Assembly: GCA_965235115.1 (NCBI GenBank)
Contig: OZ249436.1
Span: 13,020,001 to 13,084,000 of the forward strand
Reading direction: 5' to 3'
DNA: 64,000 nt
Source of the DNA: Laetmonice hystrix
Lineage: Eukaryota
Shown: positions 1-12,600 of the stretch, piece by piece
Layout of the letters: every line of letters starts with the position of its first letter
Numbering within the stretch: position 1 is the stretch's first letter
The notes under the pieces: model-generated
What the model was told of the DNA's origin: nothing
Databases searched by the model: none
The model's input: the letters and a program-made list of their open reading frames with translations, nothing else
Position numbers and translations under genes: made by a program

Positions 1-3000
1 ACATAATTTAATTGCCCTCCTCAATAAAGCATATACATAGTCATCATAATTAACTTTTTGATGAGTTATCACATAATTGAAAAAAGTTCAGATTTATCAA
101 ATGACATGTCAACTTGTCAACGTTTTTTCAACAGCTTTAATATTTTTCCTTCATTTAAATGTCTTTCGCCGATTCCAAATGCAAGGAAATTGCATGAGTA
201 ACTGTTCCATTATTTTCACACTGGATAAAACAGTAAGGACATGACACGCAATAATATCTTAATCTGTGGTCCCCCTGGGGCAGGCATACAGTTAACGTCT
301 CTAAATGATAGGTTGTATCGCTCCCAGGATATGTGCACATACATGTATATATTCCTATTTCCATGCACCTACGGAGGACAAAATTCAGCGGGACTCAAGA
401 GCTGGGTTGTTGCCCAACGCTACAGTTTTGTGAGGGTTGGCAAATCCGATCATTCATCCCATTTTATCTTTTGATTTGTCGGAGACAAACAACAATTTGG
501 CTAAAAACTGAACCTTTACGCTTATTCCTAACGAAAATTTGAGCGGTGAAAGGCCAAATGAAGACCTATTGTCAAGATTATCAGAACAATGCCGCAATGT
601 AAATCTTTAAGCTGGTATTGTAGGAGATAACGTGTTTAGTTTGGCTGTGAGGAAGGCTTGGAAAGGTTCTCCACTCAAGTGGGCATGGACTGATAATCGT
701 CATCGCAACCTATGTTTACTGCTGCACACCTAGTTCTTCCTGCCATACTAACACAGATCTTGTATGATTGCATCTTCTACAAGTCTTGCCAAAGCTATAC
801 GTACATGTTTTGTGATAGCCTGTTTAGGGACACCCACCCACTACATGCGACCTCACTCCTCACGAACAGAGCAGGCTCCATGTCTCCTTCCATCTCGTTA
901 ATATAGGTATATCTCACAATTCTTACTTCACCAACTTATTACATAAATGGACCTCCTACAAGGGTTATAACCAAGTCAACAAATAACAAACAGATAATGA
1001 GTATAACTATAGACACATGTAAAACTATCACTGGATAAAAATGCACCAACAATTTCCACAGATATATACAATAAAGCTACTCGGTAATGCACATTAGGTA
1101 CAATGTCTAAGATTGGCACAAAGCAACACGTTTCAATTTGTGTTTCTATTGTACGACGACCAGAATTCTGCTTCAAAGGCAACAGAGTCCCACAGATTGG
1201 GCCGTAAATGTCGACCAGTCATAGTGTCCTCCCTAATCGTCAGGTCACGTGAGAACAATAACGGGTGGGGTATGATCGTCAATAGAGGACGGCGATCTTT
1301 ACACAGCTTCAGAGAACAGCAATAGTTCACTATCTACGATTGCCTGTCAGACAACACCAATGTACATTCTGTCCCTGATTCATGTAAAACAAACACATTT
1401 TAAATATGCGTGTAATTTGTTTAGCTCAGTGGGGTATACCCTGGCAGACCTGGGTAACGTGAAATAAGAAATTTATGGGAAGTTTAAAGGCACCCAGAAA
1501 CCACGGAATTTACACGTAATAGTTTCACTTTTGTATACAAAACATTGTGACAGCCATCGCCTAACTTCTTCCTCAACCTTTATAGTTAAATCATTTTATA
1601 TTGTGCGAGTCTACTGTGGTGCTGCATGGTGAAAATGACTGCTTTAATTTGAACCGAAGGGTCCTCTATGCACCTTACTAGGCTGGTCCACAGAAGATAA
1701 AAAAACAAATAAACAAAAGGTATGATATATCTTACTCCATACATTGTGCCTGAATAATAAAACAGACGGTTGAGCTGGGCAGTTATACGTCGAAAAGTGA
1801 GCAGGTCTTGCATTACTCCATGGAGCCAAAAGTACACTGACCCAAAATCAAGCTATGTATGCCTGCATCGAATTAGTATCGTGGCTTGAGATTTTGTTAT
1901 AAAATATTTGATTAGACATACACCACGGTGACGTGCTAATTGAATTTCAATAGCTGGCGACTACATTTCCAACTAATGCTCTACGATTATGAAGCGAAAA
2001 ATAGTTCAGCAATGTACCAGTTGGTGTCGCCACCTCCCGGTGTCTCCATCAGTCCTGAGAGCGCCATATTTTTTTAGTTGATAAAGAATAGCCTAAATAA
2101 ACATGGCCCTATACACAAACTGGATACAATAGTGACATCTAAGCAAATCCACACATCCCATCAAAATAAGACATTCCAGATTCACTTAGAATTATTAGGT
2201 ACCAGAATGAAATACAGCTTATCGTCTAAGTGAAAGTGAAACGGCGGGTCGTCTTACAAAGCAATAGTTGGTTCCTTAACTCGGAGTTACAGGAGTTTAA
2301 CTTGCATTCTAGAGACACACTTTTCTTAGTCCTTCATTGCTACCCCCTCCCAACATAAATCTAAAACGGCCCTTATATAATTTGACTCTGAATAATTTTT
2401 GAACTGCTCTGCCTGCCACGGTTAAACTTGGATCTCACGTAATTCCTGATTGATATGATTAAAGCAATCTGTGATATTACTGACTTTAAAAAAAGAAGTC
2501 TACATGATAACCTTTTCAATAGTTAATTTGAATTATGCGTGGCTAGTGCCCAACGATTTTCTTTTTTAAAACAAAACGAGCTAGTTTTTATTTCACAATT
2601 TCCATCAAAATGTTGTTTCCAGATGTCGTTTTTTGTCTTGCACATCATTGTCACACCATCTTTCGTAGAAATCTGCGATAACCTAACTATGATAGACAGC
2701 GGGGTAACTACAAGCAATTTAGCACAGCCGGTATGGGCAAGTTACATACTCTGATAGCAACGCCACTATAACAACAAGAACGGTGCCTTGATATCTTACT
2801 GTTTAATGAAACAATAGGGGCCAAGAATGAGGTTAATGACATCCAGGTGTCTTTTCAAATAACAGGACATCCAAGTACCGCCCTTTGTACTACCACTTTT
2901 CATTTCAGACATCTTTCATACTTATGTACAGCCCCCACAAAAGAGAGAACCAATGACAGATAATATTAGTGACCCGATCAGAAGGAGCAAGAACTTTGGG

Positions 3001-5739
3001 TGTTGAAGAAGTGCAAACTCGTAGGCATGTGCACGTGCATATTTACACAGTGTTTTAAAACAAGAAAACCGTCGATATATTGCTTAATACAGAGAAACCA
3101 CTAAACGTTGAGGTCAAAATGCAAGGAGTATGTGTTATATATGTGTGTTGTTTCCTCATTCATACCAGGAACACCAACTTACTCCCTTGGAGATCTGAGG
3201 AGATAATGTTTGAAGACAATGCCCGAAGCGCCTTTCTACTAGGTCTTATCTGGTCTATTTTCCAACAAGCAGGTAATCCAGACATAAACTTTTGTTTTAA
3301 CAAAATGCTAATATTGTTTTCACAACAATGACCTTCGAAGTATACGTTAAGGCTACACTAAATTTACAATACAAATAAAGATATATGTTCTTCTGTTGTT
3401 GATACAAGGGTTGCTTACACGTCATTTTGATAAAATGCATCCCAAGACATACTGCTTTCAAACAATTGCATCCCAAGACATACTGCCTCCAAACAATTGT
3501 TTGTCCTCCGTGACCGTGATTCCGTATTCTTGGTATGAAGGGCAACAGGTTATTTAAGAACTACTCACTGCCATTTTTCTTGGCATTTAGTATTTGAACT
3601 GTAATGAGCAATTTATCTTCGGTTTCCCCTCTTTCAACTTCCTGTCTAGAAACTATTTTGTGATTCCACTGACTCGCAGAAGCATCTAATGTAATTTTAA
3701 GGTAATAAAAATCGTTTGCATATCTTTTGCATATCAGTATATAGAAATGTTGGCTGTATCGAATGGCAGTCAAACGTGACGCATACATTAGCCTGAAGCT
3801 ATATACGCGCCTGGCACACCAGTATATGGGCAATTCACATATGTGAAGCTCTCGTGGTAGCAGTACGTTTTTTTCATTTTGGCTTCTCCGTCAACAATGA
3901 CAGTCATGTAAAAGAATGAAGCACAAAACAATCTAAGGTCACACGAATGCAAGAGGAATTTTGATCCTCGCACCGGGCACCCCTGGTGCTCCTTCAAGTG
4001 GAACGCCCTCGCATGGCCCCCGGCCAACGTTTCAATACCGGAAGTTTGCCTCCGTAATTGAGCTTGGTACCCTGCTGGAGAGTTTCAACATTACCAACTC
4101 CTAGTGGAACGGTGCATCATTTAAAATGGAGACCCCCACTTTGACAAAGACGAGGAACTCCCACCAGTAGCAACTACAAAGATTTCAATGATGATGTAGC
4201 ACTGGCAGTACAAGAATAGGCTACACAGTGATCGGGGTTCTCGTTCAATAAACGGTAGAAGGGAACCAACTCTACAGTTCTGGAGGACCTGCTTCATATT
4301 GACAGTATTACAAGTACTTGTCCGCAGAAAAACGGGAAACGGAAGCTTGTTTCACACAAGAGGTGTTTATGATGTTAGACCACCGGTGCATGATAATATT
4401 AGTATAAACATTTCAATAATTATTGAAAGTAAAGATCCTACACATGACGGCAGATGGTCGTGTGTCAATCACTGAAGACAACTCAGATTATTATTATCGT
4501 CACTATCACACCTTGCACTTGAGGGTGGCGAATCTTACTGAAGGCCACAAAGGCAGACAAAGCAAAAAGACAAATCCATTTTGCCCGTCCAAACCCAACC
4601 AAAGGCTGAGTCAACATATTAGGAATATCGTTGACAAGAAAGGTGCCGGTATTTTTTTCAAAATTTAGTGACACCTCTAGTAATGCCTCATCTTACCTTG
4701 AATACTCATAACCAAGAAAATAAGTGGTTCAGAGCAAACATGTGGACAGAAGGAGACGGGTCGCCTTACTGTAACGAAACTGTACAGCCACGTGACAAGA
4801 CATGTCGATGTGGTGGGCAGATCCCTCCAGGCTCAACTCTCCTGCTCTCCCACCACAACGACATTTGGCGGAACAAGACAGTCGTGTCAGGAGCTCGACA
4901 TTACATCACAGGCTCCCAAGGAAACAAAACAAAGGACAAGATTTAGGGGCCAGGGTGAGTACTGACCGGTTGGACGTGAAAAACACCGGTCACTACCCTG
5001 GTTGGCGTTCATTGTCCATCCACCAAGTGTAGGTCTCCATGTCTGGGTCAGCTGGGTCAACTGTCAACCAATTCACTATGTCAACAAAGTGTGTTATGTT
5101 ACGCTCTTTGAACTGCTCTTTTTACGCAGGTGAACTGCCATTTGACAAATACATTGTCGTAGTTGCATGTACATTCACTGAATGCACATGCTGTAGACCG
5201 CAGGTTAGCCGGGCAGGTAAGAATACTCCAAGGATTTCCAAGTATCCTCGGTATTGTCAGATTAGAGATCGAGAACGAGGGAAACTGAGGCCACGACACA
5301 AAATATTGTATTGTCTTCCTTTTCATTCCTCCAAATCACATTTACTCCTCTGAAGAAACCCAGTGTTAAATAGATCATCACCCACAGCGATAACGGCTCT
5401 ATTGACGAACGGATTTATACAAATGTTGATATGCACCGTAACAAAAACTGGCTACTTGTACGTTGGCTGTGCTAAATTACGACCTAATCTCACCTTAGGA
5501 AACCGATCACGAAACAACACAAAGGGTGCCTGACCTCAAGATGTTCGCAGGCATTCTCTAACGTCGTCAGCCGATCCAATCAAGTTTCCCGACAGGTTAA
5601 CCGATAAGTCTGTCATGAGCAAACGGAAGATATGCAACACCTAATTGTATGGACTCATAATGCTTGAAGCGGCCATTCATCATAACTTAAAATGTAGCTA
5701 TCAAACTTGAAATTCCCTTTCGTCGTTATAACAAATAGA

Positions 5740-5839
5740 ACAAATAGAAACAAACCCACTCATTTTGTGGCAACATTTAACGTAACATGACAAATAGAAA
5801 CAAACCCACTCATTTTGTGGCAACATTTAACGTAACATG
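5740..5839. repeat. 50-bp tandem duplication
   Basis: acaaatagaaacaaacccactcattttgtggcaacatttaacgtaacatg x2. Confidence 0.9.
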
Positions 5840-8800
5840 TCTGTTGCAACTGATAAGTGTCCTGTGATTGACAGGTAAGGGACCACCTTTAATCATTACG
5901 GACACGTGCGTACGGTGCTCCATTACCCTTTTCCCCATTTTCTGCAGACGTACGCTACAACACAATATATTTGTCCATTCGATCCTTTCAAGTGATTTGA
6001 ATACTTCTGTGCGTCACTTGAGTCATTTCCACAAAGACCAGTTTGGCATTCTGAAGATCACATACCAACAGCAAAAGAACCGCCCCGATATGAGGACTGT
6101 GACGTAGACAGCACGACACACTAACAGCCTACTGATAACATGTGACGGGGCCAGACACGCTCTGTACACGGCACACAACCACGTTGATGTCAGACAAAGA
6201 CGTCATAGGTCGAAGAGTTTCTGCAGTACGGACATTCAAATACATGGACATTGGACAGAACCATCATTTGAGGGACGTATACGAAAAATCAGAAATAATC
6301 TCCGAGTCACACAAATTCGCCCACAAAAGTTGCGAGCTGTACAGGACAAAATGATGAGATAAAATAAATAAATAAAATAAACACCGACAACAACATCGGG
6401 CCCATGCTTTGCAAAGAGGGCGGAATCTAGGGGCGACACGGAGAGCGCGGGCATTGAATATCACAAGAACGGACCGTCTAGAAGAGTCAAAGGCATGCGG
6501 TATAACGATCCCTCCTCTGTCAGAAAGGCCATCGACATAATGCTATAAATCAGGAGGGCATGTCCCATCACCACCCAGAGACTACGCCAATAACGACAGT
6601 CATAGAATGCTGTTACCATGTGTGGGCTTCGGAGTGTTGGAGGGCTACAGATACGAAATGAATCTGCCATTAATATAAGGAAAGGCAATACGTTTCTCCA
6701 GGGTAATTAAATGTGTCCACCTCCTGTGAACGTTCGACAGAAATGGCCAGCACTCCTTGTTTTAACAGGTCTTAGAAACTTGGGGCTCGTTTGCCCCTAC
6801 CAGTACGAACTTTTGGTTTGCAGTGGTTAAAGACTGAGGCAGTATGAGGGTCTATCTAAACTCTATTCCAATCATTCGACTGGGGGCAGGACGTGTGAAA
6901 TGGTAGACTGTTTATCTAAATATCTATATCTAACTCTATCTCTCCAGACTGTGCCTCATAGATTCAAGTCCGGTTGTGGATAGTCCTTCGAAAAGCAACT
7001 GGTTGGAGGCAGCAAACCACCAACTGTATAGCGTATAAATTACCGATGATAGCTTTGGTAACTAATGGAAGGGAAAGAGACCAATGTTCACCGTACAAGG
7101 AGCCAGTCCTATATGGTGGAGTATAATACTTAGTATACGTCTCCAACCCTCACACTATATTTATATATCGAATATGCAGTTACTTATATACAAGTAATCG
7201 TTAGTCTTGAACACTACCCATCGGCAGGTATAAGGTTTCGAGACATAAAAATGGAGTGATTAGCATTAAACTGGGATGAATGCAATAAGATACTTGAGAA
7301 TACACACATAGGTTCCGTTCTGTACCAAACCACTCGACACTCTTTGCATTGAAAGCCAATCCAAAATTATGCAATTCAAGCCAAGAGAAAGAGAAACCTG
7401 CAGAGCACCAAATGCCTCTGCACAATAACGGAAGCAGCACGTAATATTCATAGTTTAGCTTCATATACAAATAACAATTATGAATCATATTTTACCATCA
7501 TGAATAATGTTAACACATGACGATTTGGAAAAGAAAAGAGTCATCATTTGAAATCGTACTGATATAACAAATGATGACTCGCACATTAATTACGTGTATG
7601 AAGATTATGCCATGGAAGGAGGGTGATCACATGATCAATGAAATCGTGACAAAACCCGACCATGCACTTGAAGATCAAATAAGTGTTTTTGCAAAGATAC
7701 GTATCTTATCATATTAATTAAATGAACCATCCACCATGGTTTATAATGGTACATGTACCATCAACATGCTTTTTGCACAACCACCTGTAACTGTTGTCGA
7801 CTGTCGATTGTCCACAAGTGCCCAGGCGCCAGAGTCCCCAGAATATGTAAGGTTAACAATGTAGTGTCATTGTTGGAAAATGTTCTTATCTTCATAGGGT
7901 TATAGCAATAGCACCTTTTCTTTTAGTAAATGGTCATATATTATAACATGAAATCCCCATGAAGCCGTGGTACAAATCCTACTACGTTCAGGGGTCAAGA
8001 CCAAGGTGACCCTAAAACGTTAAGCCTTCTTCAGACATGCATTTTGGCCACGTTTACATTTGATTACGATTATAACGTCGTTGTTTTGTGTCCGGTTTCT
8101 GGTTTACCGGGGAAACTGCTCCAACAAAGGGCTGGCTGAAGGCACCATTCAACTGGTTTGATTATATGTCTCTATATGTAGGCAAAACGTTTTGCCAAAT
8201 GCCTGCAAAACAACTGCCCACGTGCCGGTTACAAGTGAGCAGTTACTGTACAGTTCAAATGTGGGATCGCCTCTGCAACCACCCGCTCTACTGACTGGGT
8301 GGTGTTCGACGACTGACCATGAAACGTTGACCAGCAGATTGAAGCCCTATCGACCTGGCTCAGACATGGTATGTATCCCGCTATGCAGGGGAAAGCTACA
8401 GATTGGGGTTCTTTCTTATCTAGGAAAGAATATCACATAAATAATTACATAAAGAAATATAAGACATTTGCATCACTAATGTCCTACATGCTACATGGCA
8501 TTGCCCTGGAATGTATGTAGGCGTAGTCCAGTAGAATCACTGCCAACTAAAGGTCTATAACCTATATCACACGCCCACACAATACCCAAGGTTCTACACG
8601 AAGCAAATGCTCACTAGTTTGCATAGTCTTCTGCGTTCACAGATCAGCAACAGGTGCTTATGGAAACAACGGTCCTGGCGACATCTAGTGGACATGGTGG
8701 GAATAAGAGGAACCAGGCGTAAACAAATTTAGATCCTTTCGTTAACAATCAACGGATTCACTCTTTACATGGAAAGGTATATTCCATCTACTCTAGTAAT

Positions 8801-9559
8801 TTTTCACTCATTGATTGTTACTAAGAAAACACACTAAGATGGCCGTGAATAAGAAAGTAACTAAACCATAGCCCCTACCCACCTTACGACGAAAGGCAGC
8901 TAAGATTTCAAAGATCTAGTGTCGGTGGACTTTGAGCAAGGGTGGATGTGAGCAAGTGCCAATCAATCAATCAATCAAATCAATCAATCACAGTTGTTTC
9001 CTCCGGAGGTGTCTACTTTATAATCAAGTGAGTTTTACTGCCAAATATCTCTACTGTCTCGTCCACTTTCGGCGTTGTTGTGTTATAGTGCGAGACAAGC
9101 CCGCTAGATGTCGCCGTTGTTTCCGCCACCTGTGGACAGCACACGACGGGTACCATGTCGGAGCCGAGCCTGGCGACTGGGGTACACATGTATTATAATT
9201 ATACGGTAAGCATGCGGACGTGGATCATGTACAGCTATACCCTCTATGGACACTCTGTGTGCACGGCTCAGCAATACGTGGTGAGGATATAAAAGAAGCA
9301 TGCCGACCATACAAATCACGCCACCGTAACCTTGAACGGCAGTCAGTCAGTTATAATCAGCGACGCTGCATTCTGGAGGCGGCGTTCATAAAGACCACCC
9401 GGTACATGGACTTAACGGGACGTGGCACCGTGTGCGTTGTGTGTGTGAATGTATCTGTGGGTATATATGTATGGGTGTGGGTAGTTTTGGGGTACTCTGG
9501 CGCCGGAGGAGGGTGCCTAATGACCTGTAGCTTGAGAGGAGACTGGGAGAGTTCAGCTT

Positions 9560-9659
9560 CTACTGGATGACGCAGCCACAGTCGTTCACCTCCTCAACGC
9601 GCGGAGTCGGAGGCAAATGGTGCAGAGGGGGCTCGGTGTAATCGCCTTCTAAATAAACC
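9560..9659 (-). CDS. Terminal coding exon: VYLEGDYTEPPLHHLPPTPRVEEVNDCGCVIQ* (CaaX)
   Basis: ttttcctcgccag| acceptor, phase 2, TAG at 9560-9562. Completes the R-V-Y-L strand of repeat 4. Confidence 0.9.
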
Positions 9660-12600
9660 CTGGCGAGGAAAATAACGGCCAGTTACACTGCAGCCTACTC
9701 ATTGCTTTTACAGATAGGGTAAACGCTTGAAGTTAGTGGTCTGGTAACTATAGTTACCTTTAAGCTACAATTAGGTAGTAAGGCAACTTCTGGTTCGCTC
9801 TAAGTGCAACAATTACAGAAAACTAATCGATGTAGCTCTAATTTGCCAATAGCGTCCACTAGGCCGGTCCCTCTGAGCATACTGCTCTTAAGAAGATCAG
9901 CAATGTATGGTCACGACGAGTTTTTTTTCTTGTTAAGCCGTAAATGGCCTCATCGCCTGACTGTTGGAAGAGGTTGGGGTCTTACCTCACAACATGAACG
10001 AGTTGTCGGCGACTCTTGGCCTTCCTGTCTCCACGGTGAGTAGTCGTCCACTCGCCGTGCATGACCGACGTTTCGCCGCCATCTTGGTTATGCCATACCC
10101 GGTTCATGGGATGATAAAACGTCTCTGCACCTAAGACACGCTTGTCTGCAATATACCCCGACTAGCAGAGTTAGAGTCATCCAGGACTAACGACAGATAC
10201 GGCATACACCAATTCTGCAGCTCGGTGGACATATCTGGCCGTTTAACTGCCCTCGTGTGCAGGGTATTCGGGTTATCTGATCGAATCATCAAATTTAGAA
10301 GGACATTATTACAAAGTTAAATCTTTATAAAGTGACATGCTTGTCAAGGAGGTCGTCAAACGGAGAATTCATCTACACAGGAGACTAGGCGACAAAAACA
10401 CACAAAATGTACTTATGAGCCTCCGTAGGAAGGAGTTCGGCAAATCAGGCGGCAACACCATTCAAGTAGGCCAACGCCTATATCTTTTTGTCACGTACCA
10501 CAGGCCCTGTAATAAAATCAATGTAACTGCACCAAATTTCATATTTTACGAGTTGAAACATGTACGATGTGCTTACCGACAATCTTAAGCCACGCACGTG
10601 CCCGTTCCCATGTGGATGAGAAGTGTTCGTACTGTGGAGCTCCTGTGCACATACCCACTTTGACAGCACATGGTATGAAGGTTTTGTACGTCAGTCCCGT
10701 GGGCGGGTTACACACCGGAACGTTAGTGGCATTCTCCGGCGGCCGCACGTACGTTACCCGAACAAACCGTACCATGGCACAACTTTCGATTTTTTCTACG
10801 AAGTTTACTCCTGTATGGACCTGATCTGCAAGACGTACAAGAGGAAATGGTTGTGGGTCACAGTCTGGACATTTTCTTGTTGAACGAGCAGCTCTCTCTA
10901 TCCGTCCTAAAAGATGGCGCAAACGCCCAAATGTGCGCCACCTGGTGGAAATCTTAACATGTTCTGAAATGTTCAGTAATGAACCATAGATCTTTTAGCC
11001 CTGATATTCAAATTCATTTAAATACGAATCAACTTGAATCAGGCACTTGGCTCACAGATTCCATACGGAATCACTATTCAAACTTTAACTTGTAACGACA
11101 CGAAGACAGTTCAAATTGTCACCACTAGTGATTGTTTTAAGACAGGAGCTATTCGTTACAAGTAACGAAGACGTGTTTACGCGGGCACTTACCTGGATGT
11201 CCCCTGAAAATGGCCTCTAGTGTCTGCATGTTTGTGATTCGTACGTTCTGTAAGGGGGAGAGTACAGCACAATTTACCTTTAGACAGGTGGCTATATTTC
11301 ATTCCCCGGGTTAGACCGGCCTCATGGCTAGTAAATGCCTACTCAGCAAAGGCAGCTAGTTCAATCAAGATAGGTTTCTACATAATATACATGACCAGCA
11401 AGGAATCCTGGCCGGAAGTCGAACATCTACAGCAACTGGTAGGACCCGTAGGACAATGCTCTACTATTTTTAGGTGTTCTTTATTTGTTCAAGATATAGT
11501 ACTGATTATTGTAAGCTATACCGCCTAGGAAAGTACAGTTTCTAGAAAAACTAGAACAAACATGTCATTTCTAGTACAATATAGTTTTACGGTTCTACGG
11601 CTCATCAAGCCAAACTGTGCATCAACTACACTAATGATACGATCGCTTTCTCTTTATCCTGTCACCGCCTGGCCACAATATCATCCAACTTACCCCACCC
11701 GTACCCAGCCAGCCATAAAATTTTGTGAACAAAACACCTTTTATGTTGACATAGCATAGAAAGATAAATGTTAAAAATGGTGCAGAGTTTGAGGCCAAGG
11801 GAAATGTTGGAAGGGGATGTATCGGAGTTTGGAACGGAAGCCTGAAATATGAGAATCGTCATCGAAAATAGTCGGATAATTTCTGTCGGAAGGAGCTGGA
11901 GGTATTGCCGAACATGATGTACAGGAGCTCGGTCTGAGCAGTGCTAGAAGTTCTTGCCTAGCAAACGAAAGCTGGTAGCTGGTAGCTGGAGCTGGTTCGA
12001 TCTTTTTAAAAGGTGCTCGATCTGTATGTAACTTAATTCATTCCTTAAGGTATCCGAGGTGGTATTGTCTGCGGGTAAGGGAAGGGACGGGCGTTATAAA
12101 TCGGACGTTATAAATATTAGTACATATATACCAACGGTGTGAACAGCAACTGTGAAGGGTAGGGGTGCATCATTCGGGTTTGGAAGGGCAGAGGCGCCAC
12201 ACAGGACGTGTGGTAGGGGTGCATCATTCTAGTTTAGAAGGGTGGAGGTGCCACACTGGAAGCGTGTAGAAGGGGCGCAGTATTGGATCTCTGGACGGTA
12301 GGGAGAGATACTGGTAAATGTACAACATTGGAGATAACCACGGTGGCCAGGTTTGAGAAGTGGGCGGTAAGGGTTAAGGACTGAAGCAGGACTCACTGAT
12401 AGGTTAGGTACTGGAGACATGAACGGTGGCCAGGTTTGAGAAGTGGGCGGCAAGGGTTAAGGACTGAAGTAGGACTGATAGGTTAGGTACTGGAGACATG
12501 AACGGTGGCCAGGGTGGAGAAGTGGGCGGTAAGGGTTAAGGATTGAAGTAGTACTGATAGGTTAGGTACTGGAGACATGAACGGTGGCCAGGATACAGAA

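Noticed and set aside
3780-5350. Cluster of short ORFs suggesting a decayed transposon or retroelement
   Set aside because: No convincing catalytic motif, TIR, LTR or TSD found.
9743-9758. 16-bp perfect palindrome GGTAACTATAGTTACC in the last intron
   Set aside because: One such palindrome in 64 kb is close to chance expectation and no associated structure was seen.
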